Source: a bacterium (GTDB taxonomy: Bacteria > Margulisbacteria > Marinamargulisbacteria > GCA-2716485 > JAYNIM01). From it: a stretch of DNA of 37,550 bases. The DNA lies in the NCBI GenBank assembly GCA_038109055.1, contig JAYNIM010000009.1:1-37550 (forward strand). Reading direction: 5' to 3'. The stretch's first letter is position 1. Each line of letters begins with the position of its first letter. Made by a program: the position numbers and the translations under genes. Below, one piece after another: positions 10,137 to 20,376 of the stretch. The notes beneath the pieces were generated by a model. It searched no databases. It was given only the letters and a program-made list of their open reading frames with translations, and was not told the origin of the DNA.

Positions 10137-10145
10137 TCGTCTTCC

Positions 10146-10694
10146 TTATTTTTTTCTGAAGGGAAATCCCATTTCTGTCAACAAGTACTTCGCTTGTTCT
10201 TTATTTTTTGCAGTGGTAACTATTGTAATCGATAAACCAAGGGGCTTGTCAACACTTGTACCGGATAATTCTGGAAAAATACTTTCTGATTCTCTAATAC
10301 CTATTGTAATGTTACCGTCCTTATCGAATGAATCCGAAAAACCTCTAAAATCTCTAATCTTTGCAGCCGATAAATTGATAAACTTACTGAGGAATTCGTA
10401 CATTTTATCTCTTCTTAGTGTAACTTTACAACCAATAATTTGATTTTCTCTTAATTTGAAATTTGAAATTGCTTTCTTTGATTTTCTTAAAATTGGCTTT
10501 TGGCCTGTCAAGGTAATGAACTGATTAACACTAGTTTCGATAAGTGCAGGAGTTACTGTTGCCTCACCTAATCCGCGATTAATTACTATTTTATCAAGTT
10601 TAGGTATAGCCATGACGTTTGATATATCAAACTTTTTCTTTAAGTTATCAACAACCTTTTCTTTATAATGTTTTTTTAAATTAAACGATGTCAT
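10146..10694 (-). CDS. rplE: 50S ribosomal protein L5
   Basis: PKLDKIVIN, TGQKP, NFKLRE, GCKVTLR, IRDFRG. Confidence 0.97.
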   Translation of the reverse strand: MTSFNLKKHYKEKVVDNLKKKFDISNVMAIPKLDKIVINRGLGEATVTPALIETSVNQFITLTGQKPILRKSKKAISNFKLRENQIIGCKVTLRRDKMYEFLSKFINLSAAKIRDFRGFSDSFDKDGNITIGIRESESIFPELSGTSVDKPLGLSITIVTTAKNKEQAKYLLTEMGFPFRKK

Positions 10695-10984
10695 TTCACT
10701 TGTCCTTTAGCTTCTCTAATTTTCTTTCCTTTATGTAAAACATACTTAACTTTTGACGGTTTAGATTTGATTATTAACATTAATTTAGATGAGGGTATTG
10801 GTGCTGGAACTTGAAAAATACCTCCCTTTGAATCCTTGGATTCTTTTTTACACTTTGATACTAAGTTTATACCTTCTACGGTAATTTGGTCTTTTGAAGG
10901 GTTTATCATAAGAATCTTTCCTTCTTTACCTTTATCCTTTCCACTAATTATCTTAACCATATCTCCTTTTTTCAATCTATTCAT
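10691..10984 (-). CDS. rplX: 50S ribosomal protein L24
   Basis: KKGDMVKIISGKDKGKEG KOW motif, VEGIN. Confidence 0.95.
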   Translation of the reverse strand: MNRLKKGDMVKIISGKDKGKEGKILMINPSKDQITVEGINLVSKCKKESKDSKGGIFQVPAPIPSSKLMLIIKSKPSKVKYVLHKGKKIREAKGQVK

Positions 10985-10997
10985 CTTTCAACTTCTC

Positions 10998-11363
10998 CTA
11001 AATAACTTCTGGTGCGAGTGATATGATCTTGGAATACTGATCACGTAATTCACGGGGTATAGGACCAAAAATTCTGGTTCCTTTGGGGTTTCCATCGGCT
11101 TCAATTACTACTGCAGTGTTCTTATCAAAATTTAAAACTGTACCATCCTTTCTTTTAATTTTATGTGAAGTTCTAACAACCACAGCTAGAATGACATCAC
11201 CTTTCTTAATTTGTCCATTAGGCAAAGCCTTTTTAACAGTGCATTTGATTTTATCGCCCACATTTGCATAACGTTTCCTTGAACCACCTAATACCTTTAT
11301 ACAAAGAAGTTCTTTTGCGCCTGTATTATCCGCAACGTCTAGTCTAGATTCTTGCTGTATCAT
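10998..11363 (-). CDS. rplN: 50S ribosomal protein L14 (start reassigned to MIQQ)
   Basis: [36 protein letters not shown] overlap with the rpsQ stop. Confidence 0.98.
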   Translation of the reverse strand: MIQQESRLDVADNTGAKELLCIKVLGGSRKRYANVGDKIKCTVKKALPNGQIKKGDVILAVVVRTSHKIKRKDGTVLNFDKNTAVVIEADGNPKGTRIFGPIPRELRDQYSKIISLAPEVI

Positions 11364-11605
11364 GTATTTCCCATCTCTTTTATTCGCCATTTCTTACGCT
11401 TACTTATAGGCTTACAACTTACTATAACTACTTTTTCACCGATCGTTGGTACTGTTTCAAAATGAACCATGTACTTCTTATTGCTTTGAATAATTTTATA
11501 ATAACGATTATGAAGTTTTCTTGAATGAACGTTTACTATTGCAGTTTTTTCACCGCTTATTTTATAAACTTCTCCTTTTTTTTCAGATCTCTTATTTTTG
11601 TTCAC
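11360..11605 (-). CDS. rpsQ: 30S ribosomal protein S17 (likely GTG start)
   Basis: [15 protein letters not shown]; position between rpmC and rplN; GGTGAGG SD upstream of the GTG. Confidence 0.92.
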   Translation of the reverse strand: MNKNKRSEKKGEVYKISGEKTAIVNVHSRKLHNRYYKIIQSNKKYMVHFETVPTIGEKVVIVSCKPISKRKKWRIKEMGNT

Positions 11606-11807
11606 TATTAGCCTCACCCTTATTACGATAATTTATTTTTGTAAGTATTCGTGCAACTGTTTTTTTTTCTTTATCAATTTCAGAAAACTTAATTGTAGAT
11701 TGATTTGTATTTAAATCAAAAACCAAATTAGAAGCCTTTTTCATGTAAAAGCCTAATTGCTCATTTAAGTCTTTTCTTGATAGTGTTTTAATTTTTTCTT
11801 TTTCCAT
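11592..11807 (-). CDS. rpmC: 50S ribosomal protein L29
   Basis: KKTVARILT motif; position between rplP and rpsQ. Confidence 0.88.
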   Translation of the reverse strand: MEKEKIKTLSRKDLNEQLGFYMKKASNLVFDLNTNQSTIKFSEIDKEKKTVARILTKINYRNKGEANSEQK

Positions 11808-11808
11808 T

Positions 11809-12213
11809 TTACCACTCAATTATTTTTGATTTTATTGGCAATTTATGGGAAGCCAAACGTAGGGCTTCCTTTGCTATACTATTATCTACACCAGCAATTT
11901 CAAAAAGTACTGTGCCTAGTTTTACCGGGGAAACCCAGAACTCAGGAACACCCTTACCCTTACCCATTCTAGTTTCAGCTGGCAATTTTGTCACGGTCTT
12001 ATCTGGAAATATTCTAATCCAAACTTTACCACCACGTTTTATATATCTTGTAAGAGCACGTCTGGCAGCTTCAATCTGTCTATCAGTTATATACTTACAT
12101 TCAAGACTTTGTAAGCCAATAGTACCAAAAGCTAGAAAATTATTTGAGGTTGCTTTACCTCTATTTCTGCCACGCTGAGACTTTCTATATTTAGTTTTTT
12201 TTGGAGCTAACAT
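11809..12213 (-). CDS. rplP: 50S ribosomal protein L16
   Basis: [34 protein letters not shown]. Confidence 0.98.
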   Translation of the reverse strand: MLAPKKTKYRKSQRGRNRGKATSNNFLAFGTIGLQSLECKYITDRQIEAARRALTRYIKRGGKVWIRIFPDKTVTKLPAETRMGKGKGVPEFWVSPVKLGTVLFEIAGVDNSIAKEALRLASHKLPIKSKIIEW

Positions 12214-12844
12214 GTTGCTTTACCTCTTGACCTTTATTGATCCATACTTTCACACCACATTTACCATAGATTGTATACGCAACGACATTTGCATAATCAA
12301 TTGGTATTCCTAGTGTATGTAAAGGTATGCTACCTTCCATTGAATCTTCTTTTCTAGCAATTTCGACACCACCTAAACGTCCTGAACAAGCTATACGAAC
12401 TCCAAGAGCACCTGCTTTTAAGGCTCGTTGCAAGGCCTGCTTCATAGCACGTCTAAAAGGTATACGCTTTTCTAACTGAACTGCGACTAGCTTGGCTAAT
12501 ATAAGTGCATCTAAATCTGTATTTTTAACTTCAATAATATCTATTATTACCTTTTTAGATATCAACTTTGACAAATCCTCATTAAGTAACTTAACATCTA
12601 TGCCGTTCTTACCAAAAACAACACCTGGACGACCTATATAAACCTGTACGTTCACATAATTGGTTTTTCTAAAAATTTTGATCCTTGAGGGTAAAGCCCT
12701 ATCTAATTCTTTTCTTAAGAAACATCTTATCTTATGATCTTCAACAATAAAATTAGAGTAAGTTTTAGAATTTGCTGTCCATCTTGACTCCCAATCATCT
12801 GAGATATTAATACGTAATACTTTTGGCTTTGATTTTTGACCCAT
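12191..12844 (-). CDS. rpsC: 30S ribosomal protein S3
   Basis: [16 protein letters not shown] domain, FRRAMK, SGRLGG, GVKVWI. Confidence 0.97.
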   Translation of the reverse strand: MGQKSKPKVLRINISDDWESRWTANSKTYSNFIVEDHKIRCFLRKELDRALPSRIKIFRKTNYVNVQVYIGRPGVVFGKNGIDVKLLNEDLSKLISKKVIIDIIEVKNTDLDALILAKLVAVQLEKRIPFRRAMKQALQRALKAGALGVRIACSGRLGGVEIARKEDSMEGSIPLHTLGIPIDYANVVAYTIYGKCGVKVWINKGQEVKQHVSSKKN

Positions 12845-12846
12845 TT

Positions 12847-13185
12847 TTATCCTTCCTCAACCTTAACAACAATATGACTTGTTCTTTTCTTGTACATATC
12901 CATACGTCCTCTCGCTCTAGGTCTATGACGCTTATGTCTAGGACCTTCATTTACCAATAACTCTTTGATTATTAAATTATCAGTGTTTAAATTAATAACT
13001 TTTGCATTAGCTTTAGCAGAATTTAAAACCTTTAATAGATGAAAAGCAGATGTATGTGGCAAACTCTTAAGAATACTTATAGCATAATTTAAGGGCATTT
13101 TTCTAACTATGTTAGCAACACGTCTTAATTTAAAAGGTGAAATCATTAAATAATTAGCTTTTGCTACTGCTGTATTAGTACTCAT
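12847..13185 (-). CDS. rplV: 50S ribosomal protein L22
   Basis: ISPFKLR, SAKANA, RPRARGR, KRTSHI. Confidence 0.97.
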   Translation of the reverse strand: MSTNTAVAKANYLMISPFKLRRVANIVRKMPLNYAISILKSLPHTSAFHLLKVLNSAKANAKVINLNTDNLIIKELLVNEGPRHKRHRPRARGRMDMYKKRTSHIVVKVEEG

Positions 13186-13448
13186 TTTTTACCCTTAACA
13201 TGAGACCTAAATGAACGTGTATTTGAAAACTCACCTAATTTATGTCCAACTAAATTTTCTGTAATATAAACAGGGATATGTTTTTTGCCATTATATACAG
13301 ATAAAGTAAGACCAATCATTTCTGGAATAATTACAGACCTTCTGGACCAGGTTTGAATTATCTTCTTTGAACTTGTAGTATTACTTTTCTTAATTTTATC
13401 TAATAAATGTTTATCAACAAAAGGGCCTTTATTTCTAGATCTTGCCAT
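13182..13448 (-). CDS. rpsS: 30S ribosomal protein S19
   Basis: [26 protein letters not shown]. Confidence 0.98.
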   Translation of the reverse strand: MARSRNKGPFVDKHLLDKIKKSNTTSSKKIIQTWSRRSVIIPEMIGLTLSVYNGKKHIPVYITENLVGHKLGEFSNTRSFRSHVKGKK

Positions 13449-14278
13449 CACTTTCTCCTACTTAGAATAATTTTAAAGTCTCTTCGCCTTACATTTTTCT
13501 TTCTTGTTTTTTGCCCCAAAGCCTTTTTACCTTTTGGTGACACAGGACCCGAGAGACCGATAGGGGCCTTGCCTTCTCCCCCACCATGTGGATGATCGCA
13601 AGGATTCATTGCAGAACCTCGGACCTTTGGTCTCCGGCCTCTTTTTCTATTTATTCCAGCTTTCCCAATAACAGTGTTACGTATTTCACTATTAGAAACT
13701 TGACCAATTGTAGCTAAACATTTACGCAAAATAAGTCTAACTTCACCTGAAGGCAGTTTTAGTGTTACATACTTCTCATTTTTTGCTGTTATAGTCGCAT
13801 AAACACCAGCAGCTCTAACAAGTTGTCCACCTTTACCAGGGTGTAATTCAATATTATGTACTATTGTGCCGACTGGTATATATTGCAATTCAATGGTATT
13901 TCCATATTTAATATCAGAGTTACTACCATTTTGAATTACATCTCCAACTTTTAGACCCTTAGGTTGTAATATATAAGATTTTTCACCATTAGAATGTTGT
14001 ATTAAGCAAATATGACTCGTTCTATTAGGATCATATTCTATTGCTTTTACTATAGATCTTGTACTAACTAAATTTCTCTTAAAATCAACAATTCTGTACT
14101 TTCTTTTAGATTTACCACCTCTATGTCTAACTGAAATCTTACCATTAGATCTACCAGCAAGGGACGGTATTGATTTAAGTAATTTCTTCTCTGGTTTTTT
14201 ATCAGTTAAATCACTAAAATCTAAAGTTACTCGATTTCTGTGTCCTGGTGTAATAGGTCTATATTTTTTTGTTGGCAT
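13448..14278 (-). CDS. rplB: 50S ribosomal protein L2
   Basis: [30 protein letters not shown]. Confidence 0.99.
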   Translation of the reverse strand: MPTKKYRPITPGHRNRVTLDFSDLTDKKPEKKLLKSIPSLAGRSNGKISVRHRGGKSKRKYRIVDFKRNLVSTRSIVKAIEYDPNRTSHICLIQHSNGEKSYILQPKGLKVGDVIQNGSNSDIKYGNTIELQYIPVGTIVHNIELHPGKGGQLVRAAGVYATITAKNEKYVTLKLPSGEVRLILRKCLATIGQVSNSEIRNTVIGKAGINRKRGRRPKVRGSAMNPCDHPHGGGEGKAPIGLSGPVSPKGKKALGQKTRKKNVRRRDFKIILSRRK

Positions 14279-14564
14279 TTTTCTTCTCTTTGTTTTCTAT
14301 TTGAGTGATAATATCACCTTTCTTTAATTTAACGTAGGCTTTTTTAACCGTCCTTGTAAATCCCACATATTTTTTTTGTTTTCGCTTTTTTCCTTTAATT
14401 ATTACGGTTCTAACTTCTTCTACGGTTACATCAAATGTTGATTCAATATACTTTTTTAATTCAATTTTATTAACAGATAAGTTAACATTAAGTACAAAAA
14501 TATTTTTTTCTTGCAACAAAGATGATTTTTCTGTTGTCACTAAATTATAAACTGTTTTAAACAT
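14259..14564 (-). CDS. rplW: 50S ribosomal protein L23
   Basis: TEKS, NKIELK, KKAYVKLKKG. Confidence 0.94.
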   Translation of the reverse strand: MFKTVYNLVTTEKSSLLQEKNIFVLNVNLSVNKIELKKYIESTFDVTVEEVRTVIIKGKKRKQKKYVGFTRTVKKAYVKLKKGDIITQIENKEKKNANKKI

Positions 14565-15165
14565 TTTGACTGACCTTTAATAGAGCATTTTCAGAAAAAA
14601 CTATTTTATCTGAATTTAATAATAGTTCATAGTCTATAGACTCAATATGTGTGATTTTAATTGGCAAATTCCTAGCAGATCTAATCAATTGATGTTCATT
14701 AAAAGATCCTACTAATGTTATTTTTTGGTTATTTTTGAACATCAAAGCCAATAAATTTTTAACGTCCCTTGTATTTTTATATTCAGTCTCTTTGCTTACA
14801 ATATAAGTAATTTTACTTTGAACCTTTGAAATAAGTAAACCTAAAGAAGATCTATATTGCTTTTTATTTAATTTAACAGAAAATGATCTTGGCTTTGGAC
14901 CAAAAATTACACCTCCACCTCTTCTAAGCGGTGACCTTTTAGAACCCGTACGTGCACGGCCCGTACCTTTTTGTTTATATGACTTTGCCCCAGTATAAGA
15001 GACATCAGACCTAGTTTTGGAAGAAGCAGTCCCCTTTCTCTTAGCATTTCTTTGATACTTGTTTACCAAGTAGATTAAATGTTCATCTGAACTATCTATA
15101 ATAGGAATATTTATATTTATATCTTCTTTAGATTCGTTTAAGGATTTTATTGAAACTTTAACCAT
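14557..15165 (-). CDS. rplD: 50S ribosomal protein L4 (start reassigned to MVKV)
   Basis: GTASSKTRSDV, KQKGTGRAR, GGGVIFGPKPR. Confidence 0.97.
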   Translation of the reverse strand: MVKVSIKSLNESKEDININIPIIDSSDEHLIYLVNKYQRNAKRKGTASSKTRSDVSYTGAKSYKQKGTGRARTGSKRSPLRRGGGVIFGPKPRSFSVKLNKKQYRSSLGLLISKVQSKITYIVSKETEYKNTRDVKNLLALMFKNNQKITLVGSFNEHQLIRSARNLPIKITHIESIDYELLLNSDKIVFSENALLKVSQNV

Positions 15166-15778
15166 TTTTTTGCACCCATATATTTGCTCCATTAGGACCT
15201 GGAACTGAACCTTTCAAAAAAATTAAATTATTATCTTTATCAATCTTCAAAACTATACTTTTAACAGTTACTGTTGCATTACCCATTTTACCAGACATTT
15301 TAGTACCTTTAAATACTCTTGAGGGTGAAGTTCCAGCACCAATTGAACCTGGCAATCGATGATTCTTAGAACCATGTGAAGAAGGCCCTCTTTTAAAATT
15401 ATACTTCTTAATTGTACCCTGATGCCCCTTACCCTTACTTTTTGCTGTTAAGGTAACAGAATCATTACTTGAAAATGAACTACAATTAAATTCCTTTATT
15501 TCAGAATATTCACTGATATTATCTACTCTTAATTCGAATAAATATTTTTTCAAAGGTGATTTCAATTTTTGAAATTGACCTGCTACTGGTTTGCTAACTT
15601 TCTTTTCTGTCTGGTTTACCGCAGACAGTAATAAAGCGTTATACCCTCTATCTTCTTTCAGAATAAGAGAATTAATACTCACATTGTGTACACTCAAAAC
15701 AGTGGAAGGTGTCACATCACCGTTTTCATTATAAATTTGTGTCATTCCTATTTTTTTACCTAATATTAATTGTTTCAT
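15158..15778 (-). CDS. rplC: 50S ribosomal protein L3
   Basis: LGKKIGMTQ, SKGKG, HGS...HRLPGSIG, KGSVPG. Confidence 0.98.
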   Translation of the reverse strand: MKQLILGKKIGMTQIYNENGDVTPSTVLSVHNVSINSLILKEDRGYNALLLSAVNQTEKKVSKPVAGQFQKLKSPLKKYLFELRVDNISEYSEIKEFNCSSFSSNDSVTLTAKSKGKGHQGTIKKYNFKRGPSSHGSKNHRLPGSIGAGTSPSRVFKGTKMSGKMGNATVTVKSIVLKIDKDNNLIFLKGSVPGPNGANIWVQKNG

Positions 15779-15799
15779 TTTTTAATCCTAATCGCCAAC

Positions 15800-16117
15800 C
15801 TAAATTAATTTAACTTCTACATCGACTCCTGCTGGTAAATCAAGAGCGGTCAAAGCATCTATTGTAGATGCAGGTGGCTCGTGTATATCTAATAAGCGAT
15901 TATGAATACGAATTTCATAATGCTCACCACCCCTTTTATTAACATGAGGAGATTTTAATACGCACCATCTTCTTTTTTTGGTAGGTAATGGAATGGGTCC
16001 TATTACTTTTGCGCCAGACTTCTTTGCCGCCTCAACAATCTTGAATACTGACTTATCTAATGATCTATAATCAAATGAATTCAATCTAATACGTATTTTT
16101 TGCTTCTTCTTTACCAT
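15800..16117 (-). CDS. rpsJ: 30S ribosomal protein S10
   Basis: [31 protein letters not shown]. Confidence 0.98.
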   Translation of the reverse strand: MVKKKQKIRIRLNSFDYRSLDKSVFKIVEAAKKSGAKVIGPIPLPTKKRRWCVLKSPHVNKRGGEHYEIRIHNRLLDIHEPPASTIDALTALDLPAGVDVEVKLI

Positions 16118-16152
16118 TACCGTTATTTTTATACCTCTAATATGATTGATTT

Positions 16153-17367
16153 TTACTCTATAATATCTGTTACTACTCCAGCCCCTACTGTCTTTCCACC
16201 TTCACGAATTGCAAATCTCAAGCCTGACTCACACGCAACTGGTACTATCAGTGACACTTCTAATGTCACATTATCTCCTGGCATTACCATTTCTGTATTT
16301 TCAGGCAACTTTATACTACCAGTAACATCTGTAGTTCTGATGTAAAACTGGGGACGATAATTATTAAAGAAAGGTGTATGTCGTCCACCCTCCTCTTTTT
16401 TCAATATATATACTTCCGCTTTAAACTTTTTATGTGATTTTATGGTGCCTGGCTTAGCCAAAACCATTCCTCTCTGTATATCCGTTCTTTCAATACCGCG
16501 CAATAAAATACCTACATTGTCTCCAGCTTGACCTTGATCCAATAACTTTCTAAACATTTCCACACCCGTGACTGTTACTTTTTTCTCTTTCTCTACATCT
16601 TGCATACCTAATAAAGAAACTTCCTCACCTACTTTCACTACTCCTCTCTCAATTCGGCCTGTCCCAACCGTACCTCGACCAGTTATTGTAAAAACATCTT
16701 CAACAGGCATTATAAAAGGCTTATCAACATCTCTTTTGGGGACTGGTATATATTCATCAACTTTATCCATTAGTTCCCATATACATTTAGCATCTGCACT
16801 ATCTCTAGATGAGTCACTAGCCTCTAGTGCTTTCAAAGCTGAACCTTTGATAACTGGAATATTATCGCCATCAAATTCATACTTGCTTAATAACTCGCGA
16901 ACCTCTAATTCTACTAACTCGACTAATTCATCATCATCTACCATATCTGTCTTGTTCAAGAATATAATCAAATTTGGAACATTCACCTGTCTGGCAAGTA
17001 AAATATGTTCTCTTGTTTGTGGCATTGGTCCATCAGCAGCGCTAACAACTAATATTCCACCATCCATTTGTGCAGCACCAGTGATCATGTTTTTAACATA
17101 GTCTGCGTGACCTGGGCAATCCACATGAGCATAATGCCTATTCTTCGTTTCATACTCAACGTGTGCTGTTGCAATTGTTATGCCTCGTTCTTTTTCTTCT
17201 GGAGCTGAATCAATATCCGAATATGCCTTAGCTTCAGATGCACCTTCGTTAGACTCTGACAAAACCTTTGTAATTGCAGCTGTCAATGTTGTTTTACCAT
17301 GATCAACATGTCCAATTGTCCCAATGTTAATGTGATCTTTTTTTCTTTCAAACTTTTCTTTTGCCAT
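16153..17367 (-). CDS. tuf: elongation factor Tu
   Basis: [32 protein letters not shown]. Confidence 0.99.
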   Translation of the reverse strand: MAKEKFERKKDHINIGTIGHVDHGKTTLTAAITKVLSESNEGASEAKAYSDIDSAPEEKERGITIATAHVEYETKNRHYAHVDCPGHADYVKNMITGAAQMDGGILVVSAADGPMPQTREHILLARQVNVPNLIIFLNKTDMVDDDELVELVELEVRELLSKYEFDGDNIPVIKGSALKALEASDSSRDSADAKCIWELMDKVDEYIPVPKRDVDKPFIMPVEDVFTITGRGTVGTGRIERGVVKVGEEVSLLGMQDVEKEKKVTVTGVEMFRKLLDQGQAGDNVGILLRGIERTDIQRGMVLAKPGTIKSHKKFKAEVYILKKEEGGRHTPFFNNYRPQFYIRTTDVTGSIKLPENTEMVMPGDNVTLEVSLIVPVACESGLRFAIREGGKTVGAGVVTDIIE

Positions 17368-17379
17368 TATTTTTACTCC

Positions 17380-19449
17380 CTAATTATTTTCTGAGATTAA
17401 TTTTTCATATACTAGTTTTGGGCATTCACTATATCTAAAAAACTCCATTGTGTAAACACCTCTCCCTTGTGTTAATGAACGTAAATTTGTTGAATAACCA
17501 AACATCTCGGACAAGGGCACAAGTGCAGAAATAGCCTGTGTTGAAGATCTTGGCTCAATGTTTTCGATCTTTCCTCTTCTACTATTCAAATCGCCAATTA
17601 CGTCTCCCATATTGGGCTCTGGAACTTCTGCTTCAACTTTCATTAGTGGCTCTAGAATACTTCCGCCCGCCTTCTTAAACGCTTCTTTTAATGCATATGA
17701 TGCAGCTATTTGAAATGCGATATCTGAAGAATCTACTGGATGGAACGAACCAAAAACTAATGTTACTTTAATATCAACTATAGGATAACCTGCCAATATA
17801 CCTGTTGCTAATGTATTTAAAACACCTTTTTCTACAGATGGTATAAATTCTTTAGGAATTGCGCCACCTACTATTTTATTTTCAAATAGAAATCCCTTGC
17901 CTCTTTCCATAGGCTCAACTTCAATAACGACATGCCCAAATTGTCCACGGCCACCAGTTTGTCTAATAAATTTGCCCTCCGCCTTTACAGAGCCACTTAT
18001 AGCTTCTTTATAAGCAACTTGTGGTTTTCCAATGTTGGCCTCTACTGAAAACTCTCTTTTTAACCGATCTGTAATAATCTCGAGGTGTAATTCACCCATT
18101 CCAGAAATAATTGTTTCTGACGTTTCCTCATCCGTCTTAAAATGAAATGTTGGATCTTCTTCTGTTAATTTGAGCAAGGCTGCGGATAATTTATCTTGAT
18201 CTGATTTTGTTTTGGGCTCTATTGCTACGAATATAACAGATTCTGGAAATTCTATATTTTCTAGCAAAAATGACTGTCCCATTTCACTTAGAGTATCCCC
18301 AGTCGTTGTCTTTTTTAAACCGATTATTCCGACGATATCTCCTGCACTAGCAACCTTCTTTTCAGTTTTAGAATTTGAATGCATCACTACAATCCGGCCT
18401 ATTCTCTCTTTAAGATTCTTATTAACATTTGTAACATATGAACCTGATTGAATTTTTCCGGAATAAATCCTTGTGTAAGTCAACTTACCTACGAATGGAT
18501 CTGTTTGAACTTTGAAAGCTAATCCTGAAAACACTTCATCTTCTATACTTCTCAACTCTATCTTTTCTTCTGAACCTGAAAGTATGGCTGGTGTAGACAC
18601 AATATCTGCCGGAGATGGCAAATATTCTACTATGTAATTCAACAAAGTCTGGACGCCCTTGTTCTTGAAAGCACTTCCACAGCATATTGGAATACATTTG
18701 TTTTCAATCGTTAACCTCCTAAGGCATTCCTTTATCTCAGCCTCAGTCAATGTACCTTCTTCCAAATACTTTTCAATGTACTTATCATCCGCTTCCGCTA
18801 CGGATTCAATTAACTGATCCCTTAAGGTATTGTACTTATCTTTATACTGATCCGAAATCTCCTTTTCTTGGATATTCTCACCTTTATCTCCTGTAAAGTG
18901 TATCTCTTTCCCACTTATTAAATCAACAATACCTAAAAAATTTTCCTCAGATCCCATAGGAAAATTAATTATTAATGGGTTAGCATCTAAACGGTCTTTG
19001 ATCATGTCAACTACTTTTTCAAAATCAGCTCCTACTCTATCCATTTTATTAACAAAACATATTCTCGGAACATTATATTTATTGGCTTGCCTCCATACAG
19101 TTTCACTTTGAGGCTGAACACCCCCTACTGCACAAAAGACCACAACAGCCCCATCTAAAATCCGCAATGACCTTTCAACCTCGACAGTAAAATCGACGTG
19201 CCCTGGAGTATCAATAATATTTATTTCTGCATCCTTCCAATAGCAGGTGGTTGCTGCAGAGGTAATCGTAATCCCCCTCTCTTGCTCTTGCTCCATCCAG
19301 TCCATTGTAGCATTACCATCATGAACCTCTCCTACCTTATGAGTCTTACCCGTATAATATAATACCCTTTCTGTTAGAGTGGTCTTACCAGAATCAATGT
19401 GCGCAGTGATCCCGATATTTCTTATCTTCTGGATTTCTTTCTTACTCAT
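17380..19449 (-). CDS. fusA: elongation factor G
   Basis: [39 protein letters not shown]. Confidence 0.99.
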   Translation of the reverse strand: MSKKEIQKIRNIGITAHIDSGKTTLTERVLYYTGKTHKVGEVHDGNATMDWMEQEQERGITITSAATTCYWKDAEINIIDTPGHVDFTVEVERSLRILDGAVVVFCAVGGVQPQSETVWRQANKYNVPRICFVNKMDRVGADFEKVVDMIKDRLDANPLIINFPMGSEENFLGIVDLISGKEIHFTGDKGENIQEKEISDQYKDKYNTLRDQLIESVAEADDKYIEKYLEEGTLTEAEIKECLRRLTIENKCIPICCGSAFKNKGVQTLLNYIVEYLPSPADIVSTPAILSGSEEKIELRSIEDEVFSGLAFKVQTDPFVGKLTYTRIYSGKIQSGSYVTNVNKNLKERIGRIVVMHSNSKTEKKVASAGDIVGIIGLKKTTTGDTLSEMGQSFLLENIEFPESVIFVAIEPKTKSDQDKLSAALLKLTEEDPTFHFKTDEETSETIISGMGELHLEIITDRLKREFSVEANIGKPQVAYKEAISGSVKAEGKFIRQTGGRGQFGHVVIEVEPMERGKGFLFENKIVGGAIPKEFIPSVEKGVLNTLATGILAGYPIVDIKVTLVFGSFHPVDSSDIAFQIAASYALKEAFKKAGGSILEPLMKVEAEVPEPNMGDVIGDLNSRRGKIENIEPRSSTQAISALVPLSEMFGYSTNLRSLTQGRGVYTMEFFRYSECPKLVYEKLISENN

Positions 19450-19456
19450 ATCTTAA

Positions 19457-19930
19457 TTAAAACCTGAAATGGGCGAAAGCCTTATTTGACTCTGCCATCT
19501 TATGCGTATCAATCTTTTGTTTAATTGCTGCGCCTGTTTCATTATATGCATCGTATAGTTCTTCAGATAACTTTTCTACCATTTGCTTTGATTTTCTTTT
19601 GCGAGCATTTGCAATTATCCATCTCATCGCTAAAGCTACAGCTCTATCCTTTGGTACCTGCATAGGCACTTGATATGTTGCACCGCCTACTCGACGGGAT
19701 TTAACCTCCATTTTAGGAGCAACTAAGTTTAGCACTTTCAAAAAACCGTCTAAACCGTTCTCTTCAATCTTAGACTCCAGATTATCTATCGCTTTATACA
19801 CAATATTTTCAGCTTTTCTCTTTTTACCATTGATCATCAATTTATTAATAAATTTAGTGAGTACAATACTATTAAATTTTAAATCTGGATTTATTTTTCG
19901 TTTTAACTTTTTTCTCTTTTTTCTACTCAT
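19457..19930 (-). CDS. rpsG: 30S ribosomal protein S7
   Basis: [29 protein letters not shown]. Confidence 0.98.
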   Translation of the reverse strand: MSRKKRKKLKRKINPDLKFNSIVLTKFINKLMINGKKRKAENIVYKAIDNLESKIEENGLDGFLKVLNLVAPKMEVKSRRVGGATYQVPMQVPKDRAVALAMRWIIANARKRKSKQMVEKLSEELYDAYNETGAAIKQKIDTHKMAESNKAFAHFRF

Positions 19931-20307
19931 TTCTTCGCCTTCGCTCTTTTTTGACCATACACAGATCTTGCTTGTTTACGACCCTCAACACCTTGGAGGT
20001 CAAGTGCACCACGTATTGATGTATACCTTACTCCCGGTAAATCTTTAGTCCTTCCTCCTCTGACTAAGACAACCGCATGTTCTTGTAAATTATGGCCTTC
20101 ACCTACGATAGAAACAACAATTTCATTACCGTTTGTCAATCTAACGTTGGCTACTTTTCTGAGTGCAGAATTCGGTTTTTTTGGGGTTCTTGTGTACACC
20201 TTAGTACACACGCCTCTTCTTTGAGGACACTTATTTAAGGCAGGTGACTTTCCTTTTTGCCACTTTTTTTTACGCTTATTCTTAACTAGTTGATTTGTTG
20301 TTGGCAC
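19927..20307 (-). CDS. rpsL: 30S ribosomal protein S12 (GTG start)
   Basis: [33 protein letters not shown]. Confidence 0.99.
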   Translation of the reverse strand: MPTTNQLVKNKRKKKWQKGKSPALNKCPQRRGVCTKVYTRTPKKPNSALRKVANVRLTNGNEIVVSIVGEGHNLQEHAVVLVRGGRTKDLPGVRYTSIRGALDLQGVEGRKQARSVYGQKRAKAKK

Positions 20308-20335
20308 TCTTTAACTCCTATAAAAACAGAGTACT

Positions 20336-20364
20336 ATGGTAATCAAAATATATTCTCTTGTCAA
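20336..20364 (-). promoter_or_regulatory. sigma70 promoter for rpsL and downstream genes
   Basis: TTGACA (20364-20359), 17 bp spacer, TACCAT (20341-20336) in the rpoC-rpsL gap. Confidence 0.7.
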
Positions 20365-20376
20365 GTTTATCATCAA

